From assembly GCA_963737065.1 (NCBI GenBank), contig CAVTRC010000001.1:1952001-2016000 (forward strand): DNA of 64,000 nt, read 5' to 3'. Numbering within the stretch: the stretch's first letter is position 1; every line of letters starts with the position of its first letter. The notes under the pieces were generated by a model, which did no database searches, was not told the DNA's origin, and worked only from the letters and a program-made list of their open reading frames with translations. Positions 28,752-40,575 of the stretch are shown piece by piece. Position numbers and translations under genes: made by a program. The DNA comes from Candidatus Eremiobacteria bacterium. Lineage in GTDB: Bacteria > Vulcanimicrobiota > Vulcanimicrobiia > Vulcanimicrobiales > Vulcanimicrobiaceae.

Positions 28752-29884
28752 ATGAAGCGAAGCGTAAACGGCACCAGGCCTGCCAGCGGCGAGGGGACGG
28801 TGGATCCGTTTGCGAGCGCAATCGGGGTTCCGGCGCCGAGAAGCGGAACGGTGCCCGCGATCGCATTGAAGAGATTCTCGGCGGAAATTTGCAGTTTCCC
28901 GCGCGAGCCGAGCGAGAGGCCGGTGAGGCGCTATTTACGTTCACGTACGATCGTAACACGTCGCTCACAAACTCCTACCGCCTGACCGGCGGAGCAACGC
29001 CGGGTATCGTCGTATCGATCGCTCCGGGAACGCGTCAAGATTTTACGACATATCTTTTGCGCGCGGTTCTGCCGGTTACCGAGCGCGGGCAGCTCACGGT
29101 TGCGGATTACCAAAATCTCTACCAAAATTACTACACGCCCTCCAGCTCCGCAGGAACGTTTCACTTCGCCATGAGTACGCTCACGCACAACGACCCGCGT
29201 TTAGGGTTCACCTACCGTCTGAATCCCGACGCGAATCTGCGTTTCTGGAATCAGTTCGTCGCGTATACGTATGACTCCGGAACGACGTTTAACGGCAATC
29301 CGGCTTCATCACGACGAACGCGAACCTCGCACAGAGCCGGTACGCGGGGCTCGAATTCACGTTGCGCCGCGACCCGCTGCGGGGATGGGGCTACACGTTT
29401 TCGGGTTCGCTGGAACGCGCATATCCGTACGACATTCCGCCGAGTGCGTATGCTACCGCAACGAATCCGTATGGGACGAACCTTGGCGTGGTGCCCGGTG
29501 TAAATTTCTACAGCAACGGCCTCGGGTACAACGGAATCTCGAACAAGAGCGAAGCCTACTGCAATGGGATATGCGGGGATTCATCGGCGCGGCAGCTTCG
29601 GTCAATACGCCGAGTTCGGGCTCACGTATTACGGCTCGAACAATACGTATAATATTCCGGCGTTCTTCGTCGGCACCGCGAGCTATCGTCAGCCGGTCGC
29701 GCGCAGCACCAGCGTACAGATGTCGGTCGATAACCTTTTCGGTACGGACGCATTGAAGTACAACTACTACGGAGCCGGAAGCCTCGCCATCCGGGCGCCG
29801 CTCGTGAACGGCGAAACGGGATGGCGCGGGCAAGTGCCGTACGGACCCGCCACATTCCGCTTCATGGTGATCCAAACGCTCTGA
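28752..29884 (+). pseudogene. C-terminal remnant of a TonB-dependent receptor (5' boundary approximate)
   Basis: Three frames align with the barrel C-terminus of the 4089 TBDR (TYDRN, VADY, PRLGFTY, GSLERAY, GLTYYGSNNTYN, YGPATFRF); no plug or N-terminus. Confidence 0.75.
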
Positions 29885-29889
29885 CGGGG

Positions 29890-30700
29890 CTAGAGCTTTG
29901 CTAAGAAATCGCCGATGAGATCGGCCATGGCGCTGCCGCGTTCGTGGCCGATCGCCGTAACGTCGGCGTGGTTGGTGTTTTTTGCTCCGGCAAGGTTCGT
30001 GATGAGACTGATGCCAAGCACGCCCATGCCGATGAAGCGCGCGAAAATCGTTTCGAGCACGGTCGACATGCCGACCGCGTCGGCGCCGATGCGTCGCAGA
30101 TACTCGACTTCCGCAGGCGTTTCGTAATTCGGCCCTTGCAGGCCGGCATACACGCCTTCGCGCAAATGCGCTTGCGGTTTCCGACGCTCTTCGCGATCGC
30201 GCGCAAACGTTCGGAATAGGCGTCCGACATATCGACGAACGGATTTTCATGCGGCCAGCCGACGAGCGGATTTCGTCCGGTGAGATTGAGATGATCGGAG
30301 ATCAGCATCAGATCGCCCGGCTCGAACGATTGATTGAGGCCGCCCGCGGCGTTCGTGAGGATCGCGATCTTCGCGCCTGCTTGTGCGCGAGGCGAACATT
30401 GACCGTCACTTGTGTCGGCGAGAAACCCTGATACAGATGCACGCGGCCCGCGAAAGCGACGACGCGCTTTCCTTGCCACGTTCCAACGAGCGCTTCACCC
30501 GCGTGGCCGCGCAGTGATGCGACCGGAAAGCCGAGCAGCGTATCGTAGGGCATCGAGGTGTGTTGAAGCGGTCGCGCAGCGCGGAAGAGAGACCGCTGCC
30601 TAAAACAATCCGCGACGTCGACGGGTCCGCCGGCTGCCTCTTCGATGCGGGAGGCATCGTGCGCGAGAAGTTTGTCGTTTGGTGAGCGGCGATCGATCAT
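29890..30700 (-). CDS. punA: Purine-nucleoside phosphorylase; several apparent frameshifts
   Basis: [53 protein letters not shown] distributed over frames. Confidence 0.85.
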
Positions 30701-32254
30701 CTTGCGCGAAGCGGCGCCGTTTCCGGCGTGAAACAGATTCGTTGCCCGTCATCGCTTTCGGAACCGGAAAGTCCCATGATCGAAAGCAGCGTCGGTGCAA
30801 CATCGCCGAGTTTTCCGCCCGATGCGAGCGTTCCGTGGATTTCGTTGCTCGACGAGAATGAATGGCACGGGATTCGTCGTGTGCGCGGTAAGCGGATTGC
30901 CGTCTTTGTCGAGCTTTTCTTCGGCGTTTCCGTGATCGGCAGTGATTGCAAGCAGACCGCCCGCGCGCAAAACCGCGTCGGCAAGACGTTGCAAGCACTG
31001 GTCGAGCATTTCTACGCTTTCGATCGTCGGCTGCCATATGCCGGTATGTCCGACCATGTCGGCATTCGCATAGTTCATGATGATGACGTCGTTGCGCGCG
31101 GTGTTCACGTCGTTCACGGCAAAGTCGGTGATTTCGTTCGCGCGCATCGCCGGCGCGAGATCGTACGTCGGCACGCTGCGATCCGAGGGAATAAACTTAC
31201 GGTCTTCGCCCTCGAAGATGCTCTTCGCGTCCGCCATTGAAGAAGTACGTAACGTGCGCGTACTTTTCGGTTTCGGCCAGACGCAATTGCTTCAAGCCCG
31301 CGCGGGAGACGATCTCGCCGAAGGTATCGAACTGCGGACGGGGGCCGAATAGCACTGGATTCGGATATGTTTCGTCGTACTTCGTCATCGTCGCAAAGAA
31401 GCAGATCCTATAGGCAACCGTTTCGAACGGCACCGCGGGATCGTGGTTGAACGCGAGCGTCAATTGGCGCGCGCGGTCGGGGCGGAAATTGAAGAAGATG
31501 CACGCGTCGCCGTCGCACGACCGGGCGCGTCTCGCCGACGATCGTCGGCACGACGAATTCGTCGTTTTCATCGCGTTCGTAGGCCATGCGCACGCGCCGC
31601 CGGTGCATCGGGCGCATGGTATCGCGCGTTCGCCGTGTGCGAGCATGTCGTAGGCTTGCTGCGTGCGCTCCCAGCGCTTGTCGCGATCCATCGCGTAGAA
31701 ACGTCCGCAGACCGATGCAATCGCGCCTTGGCGTCCGACGCGCGGCGAGCTTTTCTTCGAGCTGCTCGACGTAGGTCTGCGCAGAACGCGGCGGCGTGTC
31801 GCGGCCGTCCAGGAACGCGTGAACCGCGAACGGAACGCTTGCGTTGACCGCCGCATCGATCAGCGCGAAGAGATGCTCGATCGAACTGTGGACTTGCCCG
31901 TCGGAGAGCAATCCCAACAGGTGAAGCGTTCCGCCGGTGTCTTTCACGTGCTCGAGGCACCGCACGAGCGTCGCGTTCGTTTGCGAATTCGCCCGGACGC
32001 GATGTCGGCATCGATGATGACGACGCCTTGCGGAACGACGCGTCCGCTGCCGAGATTCATGTGGCCGACTTCGCTGTTGCCCATGATGCCTTTCGGCAAG
32101 CCCACCGCTTCTCCCGACGCATCGAGCATGGTCCATGGGTACGTTTCGAAAAACGCGTGCCAATGCGGCATCGTCGCCGCGGCAATCGCATTGCCGTACT
32201 CGGAATCGCTGCAACCCCATCCGTCGAGAACCGCAAGAACACCGGTTTAATCAT
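30697..32254 (-). CDS. gpmI: 2,3-bisphosphoglycerate-independent phosphoglycerate mutase; multiple apparent frameshifts
   Basis: MGNSEVGHMNLGSGR, GLLSDGQVHS, DGRDTPP, GRFYAMDRDKRW, NFRPDRARQ, AETEKYAHVT, DMVGHTG, TADHGNAE in successive frames. Confidence 0.9.
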
Positions 32255-33024
32255 CTACGCGTGTCATCCTCAGCCGAATTGCCTGCGTTCACGATCAGTC
32301 TCGCGAAGCCGTCGGGATCGAGCGATGCTCCGCCGACAAGGCCGCCGTTGATGTTCGGTTGCGCCATATAGGCCGCAACGTTCTCGGCCTTCATGCTGCC
32401 GCCGTAGAGAATCGGCACGTCGGCCAGCGCCGGTACGCTGTTGCGAATCACGCCCATCACGCGATTGGCTTCGTCGGGATCGCAGTTTTGTCCGGTGCCG
32501 ATAGCCCAGATCGGTTCGTACGCAACGACGACGCGCGCGATCTCTTCGTCGGTCAATCCGTCAAGTGCCGTCACGCGTTTGCGCAACGACGCGCGTGTCG
32601 GTCGTCGCCGCTTGACGTTCACCGTGCGTTTCGCCGACCGCCAGGATCGGTGTGACGCCATGTTCGAGCAGCGTCTTCACTTTGAGATTGACCGTACGGT
32701 CGAGCTCGTTGAAGAACGCACGGCGCTCGGAATGTCCGACGATAACGTACGTTACGCCGTGCTCGAGCAGCATCGGAACGCTGATCTCACCGGTGAAGGC
32801 ACCACTGAGTTCCCAATGCACGTTCTGTGCGCCGAGCGCAACGTCCGAACGCGGTGCGCAGCATCTCATGTGCCGCGGCGAGCGCCGTAAACGGCGGCGC
32901 AACGACGACGTCGATTGTCTTCGGAAAACTCGACGTTTGCGGCAAGGAATGCGTCGAGATACGCTCGCGTCTCCGCGGCCGTCTTATTCATTTTCCAATT
33001 GCCCGCAACGATCGTGCGCGGCAC
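32251..33024 (-). CDS. tpiA: Triosephosphate isomerase; apparent frameshifts
   Basis: [53 protein letters not shown]. Confidence 0.9.
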
Positions 33025-33037
33025 TTCTTCGAGTCTC

Positions 33038-34232
33038 CTAAGATTCCAGCGCCGCGATGCCGGGCAGCGTTCGTCCTTCCAAGAATTCGAGCGTCGCGCC
33101 GCCGCCGGTCGAAACGTGCGTCATTGCATCCGCAAAGCCGAGCATGTGCGCCGCCGCGGCAGCGTCGCCGCCGCCGACGACGCTCGTTGCGCCGTTGCGT
33201 GTCGCCGTCGCGATTGCGTCGCCGACGACGCGCGTGCCGCCTTGATACGCCGCCTTTTCGTAGACGCCCATCGGGCCGTTGAAGACGATGGTCTTCGCCG
33301 CGCGAATGACATGGGCATACGCTTGCGCCGTGTTGGGCCCGATGTCGAGAATCATCGTGTCGCCGACGTTTTCGATATCAACGACATGCGCGTCCGCGTC
33401 GCGCTCGAATGCACTCGATACGACGGCGTCGACCGGCAGATGGAGCGTCACGTCCGCTGAATCGGCGAGTTCGAAAATCTCGCGCGCAGGGCCGAGATCG
33501 TCGTCACGCAGCGAACGGCCGACGTTCGTTCCGCGCGCCGCGAGAAACGTATTGGCCATGCCTCCGCCGATGCAGAACTGGTCGACGCGTTTTCATCAAG
33601 AATTTGAATACGCCGACTTTGTCTTTGACTTTCGCGCCGCCGATGACGCAGACGTACGGTTGCTCCGGGTTTGACGTCGAGGCGTGCGAGCGCGGCGAGT
33701 TCCGCTTGCATCAAGAGGCCGGCTGCGTTCGGAAGAAGATGCGCGATGCCTTCGGTCGATGCGTGCGCGCGGTGCGCCGTTCCGAACGCGTCGTTCACGT
33801 AGATGTCGCCGAGCGACGCGAGTTCTTTCGCGAACTGCGGATCGTTCTGTTCCTCTTCCTTGTGAAAGCGCACGTTTTCGAGCAACGACGATTGACCCGT
33901 CCGTGAGCGCATCGCACCGCCTGCTGTGCCGCCGGACCGATGCAATCGTCGGCAAACGCCACGTCCGTGTGCAGCCGTTCGGAGAGCGCCGCCGCAACGG
34001 GGCGAAGCGAGTACTTTGGATCCGGCTTTTCCATCCGGACGGCCCAGATGCGAGAGCACAATGACGCGCGCCCCGCGATCGAGCAGCGCGCGAAGCGTCG
34101 GAATCGCCGCGTCGATGCGCGTGTAATCCGCGATACTCCTGTCGCCGTCTCATTCATAGGGACGTTCAGGTCTTCACGAACCAATACGCGCTTGCCGCGA
34201 ACGTCCAGGTCGTTCAGCGTTCGAAACTTCAC
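33038..34232 (-). CDS. pgk: Phosphoglycerate kinase; apparent frameshifts
   Basis: RVLVREDLNVP, SHLGRP, LLENVRF, NDAFGTAHRAHAS, DIGP, NGPMGV, GGGD, HVSTGGGATLE. Confidence 0.9.
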
Positions 34233-34245
34233 GGAGTCTTTGGAA

Positions 34246-35259
34246 TTATGCGTTCGCCGGGATCTTCTCGAGCACCATCGCGGTCAGATCGGCGAGACGG
34301 CACGAGTAGCCCCACTCGTTATCGTACCAGGCGCAGATCTGCACGAGGTCGCCGTTTACTTGCGTCAGCTTCGAATCGATGATCGAGCTGTACTGCGAGC
34401 CCTTGAAGTCGCTCGAGACGAGCTCTTCATCGGTATACTGCACGTACTCTTTGAGCGGTCCTTCGGCCTCGTTTTTCAAGATCGTGTTGACTTCGTCGCG
34501 CGTCGTCTCTTTTTTCACTTGCGCTACGAGGTAACACATCGACACCGTCGGCGTCGGCACGCGAAGCGCGAAACCGTCGAACGAGCCCTTCACTTCGGGA
34601 ATCGTCAGATATAGCGCTTTCGCGGCGCCCGAGCTCGTTGGAACGATATTCGTCGCAGCGTTGCGCGCGCGGCGGATATCTTTGTGCGGCGCGTCCAGAA
34701 TGTTTTGATCGTTCGTGTACGAGTGAATCGTCGTCATGAAGCCTTTGACCCAGCCGAGATGATCGACGAGCGGCTTCACCGCGGTCGCAAGACAGTTCGT
34801 CGTGCACGACGCGTTCGAGATGATGTTGTGCTTCTCGGGATCGTAGACGTTTTCGTTCACGCCGAGCACGAGCGTCACGTCTTCGCCTTTAGCTGGCGCC
34901 GAGATGATGACTTTCTTCGCGCCGCCGCCGGTAATGTGCGCGCGCGCCTTGTCCGCGTCGGTGAAGAGACCGGTCGATTCGATGACGACGTCGACGCCGA
35001 GATCTCTCCACGGCAGTTTGCCGGGGTCGCGCTCGGCGAGCACTTTGATGCGACGGTCGTCGATCACGATCGTGTCGCCTTCGGCGCGAACGTCGCCCTC
35101 ATACGTTCCATAGTTGCTGTCGTATTTGAAGAGGTGTGCGCATTCGGCGGCGCTCGTCAAATCGTTGACGGCGACGATCTCGACCTCGGGATGGCGTTCG
35201 ATCAGCGCTTTGGCGAAGTTGCGGCCGATGCGGCCGAAGCCGTTGATTCCGATGCGCAT
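34246..35259 (-). CDS. gap: Type I glyceraldehyde-3-phosphate dehydrogenase
   Basis: [29 protein letters not shown]; intact. Confidence 0.97.
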   Translation of the reverse strand: MRIGINGFGRIGRNFAKALIERHPEVEIVAVNDLTSAAECAHLFKYDSNYGTYEGDVRAEGDTIVIDDRRIKVLAERDPGKLPWRDLGVDVVIESTGLFTDADKARAHITGGGAKKVIISAPAKGEDVTLVLGVNENVYDPEKHNIISNASCTTNCLATAVKPLVDHLGWVKGFMTTIHSYTNDQNILDAPHKDIRRARNAATNIVPTSSGAAKALYLTIPEVKGSFDGFALRVPTPTVSMCYLVAQVKKETTRDEVNTILKNEAEGPLKEYVQYTDEELVSSDFKGSQYSSIIDSKLTQVNGDLVQICAWYDNEWGYSCRLADLTAMVLEKIPANA

Positions 35260-35288
35260 GCAAATCTCCATCGAGAGCAAGGTAAGGG

Positions 35289-36185
35289 TCAGGATTTACC
35301 GGGCTTGCTCGGTGCAGCCCTGCCCGCGCGTACGCTTGCAGCTAAGCGGACGAGGGCATTCAGACGGCTGCTCACCGTAGGTTTTGCAATCGGCGGATTG
35401 CAGCGTGCGCCGAGCTCCGCAAGGGACTCGCCGGGATGATTCAGGCGGAGGTTCGCGATTTCGCGCAGCGGCGGCGACAGCTGCGAGAGCCCATAGGCGC
35501 TTGCCAAGTACTCGATGGTCCGGCGCTGTGCCGCGGCGGCGGAGGCGGCGCGTTCGAGATTCGCCGCCTCGGTGTTGACGAGCCGATGAATACGGTTTTT
35601 CGTCTCGCGCAGCGCGCGCACGTCTTCCAAATGCAAGACTGCGCCGAACGCTCCGATCATCGTGAGCACGTCGACGATCGCTTCGAAGTCTTTGTAGTAG
35701 ACGACATGACGCCGTTTGCGCACCGTGCGTTTCGGCGCGCGGCCGGTGCTGCGCAGCATCCACACGAGGCGCTCCGCGAACTCATCGCCGGCGATGACGA
35801 ATTCCAAATGATAGCCGTGCGCTCCGGCGGCGAGCGATCCGCACGCGAGAAACGCTGCGCGGATCTCCATCAAGCGATCGCACTTGTGCGACGGTTTTGG
35901 CTGAGACGCGCGCAGCGAGTCGGGCAGCGCGATCGCAAACGTGGGCAGGCGCGCGAGACGCGTGGCACCGCGTTGCTCGATCGGATACGCTTTGCGATCG
36001 TCGAGCAGCGACCAAAAGAGGCGCGCAATCGAATTGCGATGTGTCACGAAATGCGTGCGCGATGCATCGGCACCGTAGAGCGCGAGTCCCGCCGCTAACG
36101 CGCTGCGGCAGTGCGTCGCGCCCGGCGTGTCCCGTGCGAGCGCATCTTTCGTGTCGCCCGAGACCGGTGCGGCGTTTGCCGCCAT
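35289..36185 (-). CDS. whiA: DNA-binding protein WhiA
   Basis: RAAFLACGS...[26 protein letters not shown]...PPI.K..V..RL; TGATG coupling to the S4 gene. Confidence 0.9.
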   Translation of the reverse strand: MAANAAPVSGDTKDALARDTPGATHCRSALAAGLALYGADASRTHFVTHRNSIARLFWSLLDDRKAYPIEQRGATRLARLPTFAIALPDSLRASQPKPSHKCDRLMEIRAAFLACGSLAAGAHGYHLEFVIAGDEFAERLVWMLRSTGRAPKRTVRKRRHVVYYKDFEAIVDVLTMIGAFGAVLHLEDVRALRETKNRIHRLVNTEAANLERAASAAAAQRRTIEYLASAYGLSQLSPPLREIANLRLNHPGESLAELGARCNPPIAKPTVSSRLNALVRLAASVRAGRAAPSKPGKS

Positions 36186-36460
36186 CAGCCCCACTCCGAT
36201 GGGTCGTCGTGGCGTGTGTCGAGCACTTCGTATAGGTCGGCCGGTTTCACGCCCGGTGTAACGCGCAACGGCACTTCACGAATGCGCACGGAAACGATTC
36301 GTGTCGCATAATGTATGACCAGGATGTCGCCCGGCCTTACCTGATAGGCCGGCTTCAGCGCTTTTCCGTCTTTCGTGATGCGGCCGTGCTCGAGCGCTTC
36401 ATGCGCTTCGGAACGGCGTTTCGAAAGACGAGAAACCTTCATGAACTTATCGAGGCGCAT
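36185..36460 (-). CDS. RNA-binding S4 domain protein (YabO/Hsp15-like)
   Basis: MRLDKFMKVSRL.KRRS.A......GRI...GK..KP...V..GD. Confidence 0.9.
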   Translation of the reverse strand: MRLDKFMKVSRLSKRRSEAHEALEHGRITKDGKALKPAYQVRPGDILVIHYATRIVSVRIREVPLRVTPGVKPADLYEVLDTRHDDPSEWG

Positions 36461-36493
36461 GAAGTCTGCGCCGTCGCACAGAAAGGAGCGCCG

Positions 36494-37888
36494 ATGGCCG
36501 CTGAACAGCGTGCGCCGCGTCGACCCGGCGTCAACGTATTCGACCAATCGAGGCCGATGTGGCAGACCATGCTGGTCTTCTTGATTCCGCTCATGATCAG
36601 CAACGTCTTACAATCGACGTCGCAGACGTTCTCCTACGTGTATCTCGGCCGCATGCTTGGCGTGAACGCCCTCGCCGCCGTATCGGCCGTCTTTCCGGTC
36701 GTATTTTTGCTGTTTTCGTTTCTTATCGGCATCGGTAGCGGAGCCACGGTGCTCATCGGTCAGGCGTATGGAGCCGGCGATGCGCATCGCGTGAAGAAGG
36801 TCGCAGGAACGGTCCTCGGCGCGACCGTGGTTTTCTCGATCATTACGATGATCCTCGGCGTCGTGTTCTCCCCGCTGATGCTCAAAGCGCTCGGCACGCC
36901 GGCGAGCATCCTCCAGACATCCGACTTCTACACGCGCGTCGTTTTCCTGACGTTCCCGCTCTATTTCCCGTACATCATGTATACGGTGTTTTTGCGCGGA
37001 ACCGGCGACACCAAGACGCCGCTGTGGTTCTTGGTGCTCGGAACGGCCCTTTCGATGCTCTTCACGCCGATGCTGATTCGCGGATGGCTCGGCTTGCCGA
37101 CGCTCGGCGTTGCAAGCGTTGCGATTTCCGGATTGCTCTCGACGCTCGTCGCTTTCCCGGCGCTGTTGTGGCATTTGCGCCGCTCGAAGAATCCGCTCGC
37201 GTTCGATAGCGAGATGGCGCGCGACATGGTGTTCGACACGCGAATCCTCTTGCTCGTCTTGCGCATCGGCATTCCGACCGGCCTTCAGACGATCATGGTG
37301 TCGCTCGCGGAGATCGCCGTCATCAGTTTTGTCAACCGCTACGGAGCGAGCGCAACCGCCGCGTACGGCGCCGTGAACCAGGTGGTCGGGTACGTGCAGT
37401 TCCCCGCGATCTCGATGAGCATAACGGCATCGATCTTCGGCGCGCAATGTATCGGTGCGCGCCGCGAGGATCTGCTCGGTTCGGTCGTCCGGTCCGCTGT
37501 CGCATTGAACTATGTGATCGGCGGCATCCTGATCGGCCTCTGCTATATTTTTGCCTACGTGATTCTCGGCTGGTTCATCACCGATAAGGGAACGCTCGAC
37601 ATCGCGCACAGCTTGTTGATGATCACGCTGTGGTCGTACCTCATCTTCGGCAACAGCGCGGTGCTGAGCGGCGTCGTTCGTAGCAGCGGCGATGTGATTT
37701 GGCCGACGATCAACGGCATTTTCTCCATCTGGGGTATCGAAGTTCCCGCGGCATTCATCTTGATGCACTCCTTCGGGCTGCGCGGTGTCTGGATGGGCTA
37801 TCCTATCTCCTATGGGTTCGTGCTGTGCGCGCAATTCGTGTATTATGAATTCTTTTGGAAGAAAAAAACGCACGAACGTCTCGCGTAG
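36494..37888 (+). CDS. MATE family efflux transporter
   Basis: LGVNALAAV, QAYGAG, LRGTGDTKTP, IGIPTGLQ; about 12 TM helices; AAGGAG SD. Confidence 0.92.
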   Translation: MAAEQRAPRRPGVNVFDQSRPMWQTMLVFLIPLMISNVLQSTSQTFSYVYLGRMLGVNALAAVSAVFPVVFLLFSFLIGIGSGATVLIGQAYGAGDAHRVKKVAGTVLGATVVFSIITMILGVVFSPLMLKALGTPASILQTSDFYTRVVFLTFPLYFPYIMYTVFLRGTGDTKTPLWFLVLGTALSMLFTPMLIRGWLGLPTLGVASVAISGLLSTLVAFPALLWHLRRSKNPLAFDSEMARDMVFDTRILLLVLRIGIPTGLQTIMVSLAEIAVISFVNRYGASATAAYGAVNQVVGYVQFPAISMSITASIFGAQCIGARREDLLGSVVRSAVALNYVIGGILIGLCYIFAYVILGWFITDKGTLDIAHSLLMITLWSYLIFGNSAVLSGVVRSSGDVIWPTINGIFSIWGIEVPAAFILMHSFGLRGVWMGYPISYGFVLCAQFVYYEFFWKKKTHERLA

Positions 37889-38010
37889 CGGGCGCCGGGC
37901 GCGCACGGTTCGCGTTTCTCGAGCTCATGATGGGTACGAGCTGCAGGTGATCGTCATCGCGTTCATCGAGCGTCACGGGCATGGTCGGGGAGACTCCTAG
38001 CACGCAACCG

Positions 38011-38910
38011 ATGCAGCGACTTCATGCTCTGCGGCTTCTGGGCGGCGCGCTCACGCTTACGGCCTCAGGGTGCTTTCGCAACGATGCAGCGCCGGTGCCG
38101 AAGTTTTGCGGCGCGCCGTCGACATCGACGCGTTTTGGCGCGGTCATCTATGGCGCCGACGACGCGGATCGGGCGTTGCAATCGATTGCAGCCTGCGGCG
38201 GTGAACTAGTGCGCATCGGCGTCGATACCGATTCGCTTCAGCGGGCCGATCTCGTGCTATCCAAAGCAGCGACGCGCGGGATGCGCGTTGTATTGATCTC
38301 GCCCTACCGTGCGCAGCCGGTTGACGTAGCGTCGTATGCCGGCGCGTGCAGTGAAATTCATCGGCGGTACGCTTCGTACGATCCTATTTGGGAGATCTGG
38401 AACGAGCCGAACCTCGCGAACTACTGGGGAGCGACGCCGGATGTGAACCACTACGCGAAGCTCGCGATTGCAGCCGGCAGAGCATTGCGGGAGAACGGTG
38501 CAAGCGAGGTGTGGAGCGGCGGAACGAGCGGGATCGACGTTCGCTGGAGTCATGCGCTCGTGCAGCAAGGCGTGTACGAGGTGTTGAACGGGTGCGCGGT
38601 TCACAGCTACAAAGAACCGGGTGCGGCATTGGCCGACTATGTCGCGCTGCAGAAGTTGTTGCCGCGCGACTTGGCGATCCACACCACGGAAACGTGCGTG
38701 CCCTCGACACAAGATCAATCGGCGTTCCTCGAAGGCATGTGGTACATTCACCGAGAGCTCCTTCTGCCGACGCTCATCTGGTGCGAACTCCGAGACTTTA
38801 CCGCAGGCGATCGTTATCCGTACAACTTACCCTACGGCCTCTTGTGGTCGACGTATCGCCCGAAGGAAGCATATTACACGGCGAAATCCCTCATATCGAC
38901 GTGTAACTAG
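38011..38910 (+). CDS. Glycoside hydrolase clan-A-like lipoprotein
   Basis: WEIWNEPN acid/base motif, AVHSY, TTE nucleophile-like; lipobox ASGC. Confidence 0.7.
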   Translation: MQRLHALRLLGGALTLTASGCFRNDAAPVPKFCGAPSTSTRFGAVIYGADDADRALQSIAACGGELVRIGVDTDSLQRADLVLSKAATRGMRVVLISPYRAQPVDVASYAGACSEIHRRYASYDPIWEIWNEPNLANYWGATPDVNHYAKLAIAAGRALRENGASEVWSGGTSGIDVRWSHALVQQGVYEVLNGCAVHSYKEPGAALADYVALQKLLPRDLAIHTTETCVPSTQDQSAFLEGMWYIHRELLLPTLIWCELRDFTAGDRYPYNLPYGLLWSTYRPKEAYYTAKSLISTCN

Positions 38911-39287
38911 CGGCGTTTCTTACCCTTCGGCGTAACGCACGTTCCGCTTGCGCGGCAGACGACGACCGGTTCTCCAAGGAAATCCGCAGCGCTTTCGTTG
39001 ACGTCGCTTCGGACCGCAATGACTTTACGTGCTTCGAATGTCATCGCGCGCGACGTGTTGCCGATCCGTGTAATCCGTCCTTCGGCTTCGATGTAGTCAC
39101 CCGCGTACACGGGCGCGATGAATTCAACCGTCTCATAGGCGACGAACAGTCCTTCATCGCCGTCGAGACGGATCAGCAGTTCGGTTGCGACATCGCCGAA
39201 AAGCGCAAGCATGCGCGCGCCGTCGACGAGGTTACCGCCGTAATGCGCATCGTGCGCGCTCATGCGCAGGCGAATGAGGCTCGTTAT
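38907..39287 (-). CDS. kal: 3-aminobutyryl-CoA ammonia-lyase (hotdog fold)
   Basis: [56 protein letters not shown]; start possibly ATA 39287 (alternative GTG 39314). Confidence 0.85.
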   Translation of the reverse strand: MTSLIRLRMSAHDAHYGGNLVDGARMLALFGDVATELLIRLDGDEGLFVAYETVEFIAPVYAGDYIEAEGRITRIGNTSRAMTFEARKVIAVRSDVNESAADFLGEPVVVCRASGTCVTPKGKKRR

Positions 39288-40477
39288 GCTGCTTGGGTCT
39301 TCGCTAGTTGCCACAGTTCCTCGAGCTCGTCGAGCGAGAGGTCGGAGAGCGCTTTACCTGCCGCGCCGGCGCGTTCTTCCATGAAGCTGAAGCGTCGGTA
39401 AAATTTCTCGTTCGCTTCGCGCATCGCCATCTCGGCATCGATGCCGAGCGCGCGCGAGAGGTTCACGATCGTGAAAAGAACATCGCCCAACTCTTCGCGC
39501 ACGTGCGGATCGTCGTGTTTGTCGCGGCGCGCTTCCGCGAGTTCGGTCAGTTCTTCATGCAATTTGTCGAGGACGCCGTCGACGCCGGGCCAATCGAAAC
39601 CGACGCGTGACGCTTTTTCTTGCATGCGCTGACCGCGCTGCAGCGCGCCGAGCTGCTTCGGGATACCTTCCAGGCGGCTCTTGCGCTTCAGTCCGGTCTT
39701 CTCTTTGGCTTTGAGCGCCTCCCAACTCTGCCATTGCGATTCGACGTCTTCGATCACCGCATCTCCGAAGACGTGCGGGTGGCGGCGTACCATTTTATTC
39801 GAAAGCGCGTCGATCACGTCGGCAATCGTGAACTTTCCCACTTCCGATCCGAGCTGCGAATGGAACACGATCTGCAGGAGAAGGTCGCCGAGTTCTTCGC
39901 AGAGCGCATCCATGTCGCCGGCTTCGATCGCCTCCACCACTTCGTAGGTTTCTTCGATCAAATACGGCACGAGCGTCCGGTGCGTTTGCTCTCTATCCCA
40001 CGGGCAGCCGTCGCGCAAGCGCGCCATAATTTCGATCAGATCGTCGAACGAGTGATGTTGCGACTGAGGAGGTAACGGAACGAGCGGCATCGGCATCGAT
40101 GCCGAGAGCGTCGCGCGCGGCATGCCGGGCGTGATATCCGTACGCAGGCCATGTGTTTCCAACGCGCGCAGCAGCGGCGGAAGCCCCGGAACGTCGGAGA
40201 GCGGATTGCCGAGCACGCCGATCGCGAGGATATCGTCGCCGAGCGTTTTTGTGCGCGCCACGAAATGGTCGATCGTGTCCGTGCTGCCGCGTACGAGCGG
40301 AGCTGCGTCGGGGACGAAATTGCGAAGAAGCTCGACGCCCGCGTCGGTGAGTGCTTTTTGCAGATCGGGCGGCGCGAGCAGCGTCACCGCCCAGCGCGCG
40401 GAGCGCATGACTTCGATGCTGCCGACGGTGAGGTATCGGGGGTCGCCGGGGCCCAGCCCCACGATGCGCACCAGCAT
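39284..40477 (-). CDS. mazG: Nucleoside triphosphate pyrophosphohydrolase MazG (YabN-like, with a degenerate tetrapyrrole-methylase-like N-terminus)
   Basis: VGLGPGD N-terminus; [34 protein letters not shown], second EELGD. Confidence 0.92.
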   Translation of the reverse strand: MLVRIVGLGPGDPRYLTVGSIEVMRSARWAVTLLAPPDLQKALTDAGVELLRNFVPDAAPLVRGSTDTIDHFVARTKTLGDDILAIGVLGNPLSDVPGLPPLLRALETHGLRTDITPGMPRATLSASMPMPLVPLPPQSQHHSFDDLIEIMARLRDGCPWDREQTHRTLVPYLIEETYEVVEAIEAGDMDALCEELGDLLLQIVFHSQLGSEVGKFTIADVIDALSNKMVRRHPHVFGDAVIEDVESQWQSWEALKAKEKTGLKRKSRLEGIPKQLGALQRGQRMQEKASRVGFDWPGVDGVLDKLHEELTELAEARRDKHDDPHVREELGDVLFTIVNLSRALGIDAEMAMREANEKFYRRFSFMEERAGAAGKALSDLSLDELEELWQLAKTQAA

Positions 40478-40518
40478 TATCCGCGCCAAGTTCGAGAGAT
40501 AGCGAGGGCGCCCATTTG

Positions 40519-40556
40519 ACTTTATGGCGCAAAGCCGAAGCTTTGCGCCATAAAGT
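40519..40556 (-). terminator. Perfect 17-bp hairpin with cUUCGg loop downstream of prsA
   Basis: ACTTTATGGCGCAAAGC-CGAA-GCTTTGCGCCATAAAGT (loop reads TTCG on the minus strand). Confidence 0.65.
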
Positions 40557-40575
40557 GACGCCTATACGCGATTGC

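Noticed and set aside
27500..34200. Programmed frameshifting, phase variation or alternative genetic code as cause of the broken genes
   Set aside because: Breaks are frame changes rather than in-frame stops, are numerous, lack obvious slippery or SSR sites, and are confined to one tract
36608..37906. 432-aa minus-strand ORF; likewise 46190..47878(-) and 2733..3848(-)
   Set aside because: Shadow or alternate-frame ORFs over well-supported genes, with Arg-rich low-information composition
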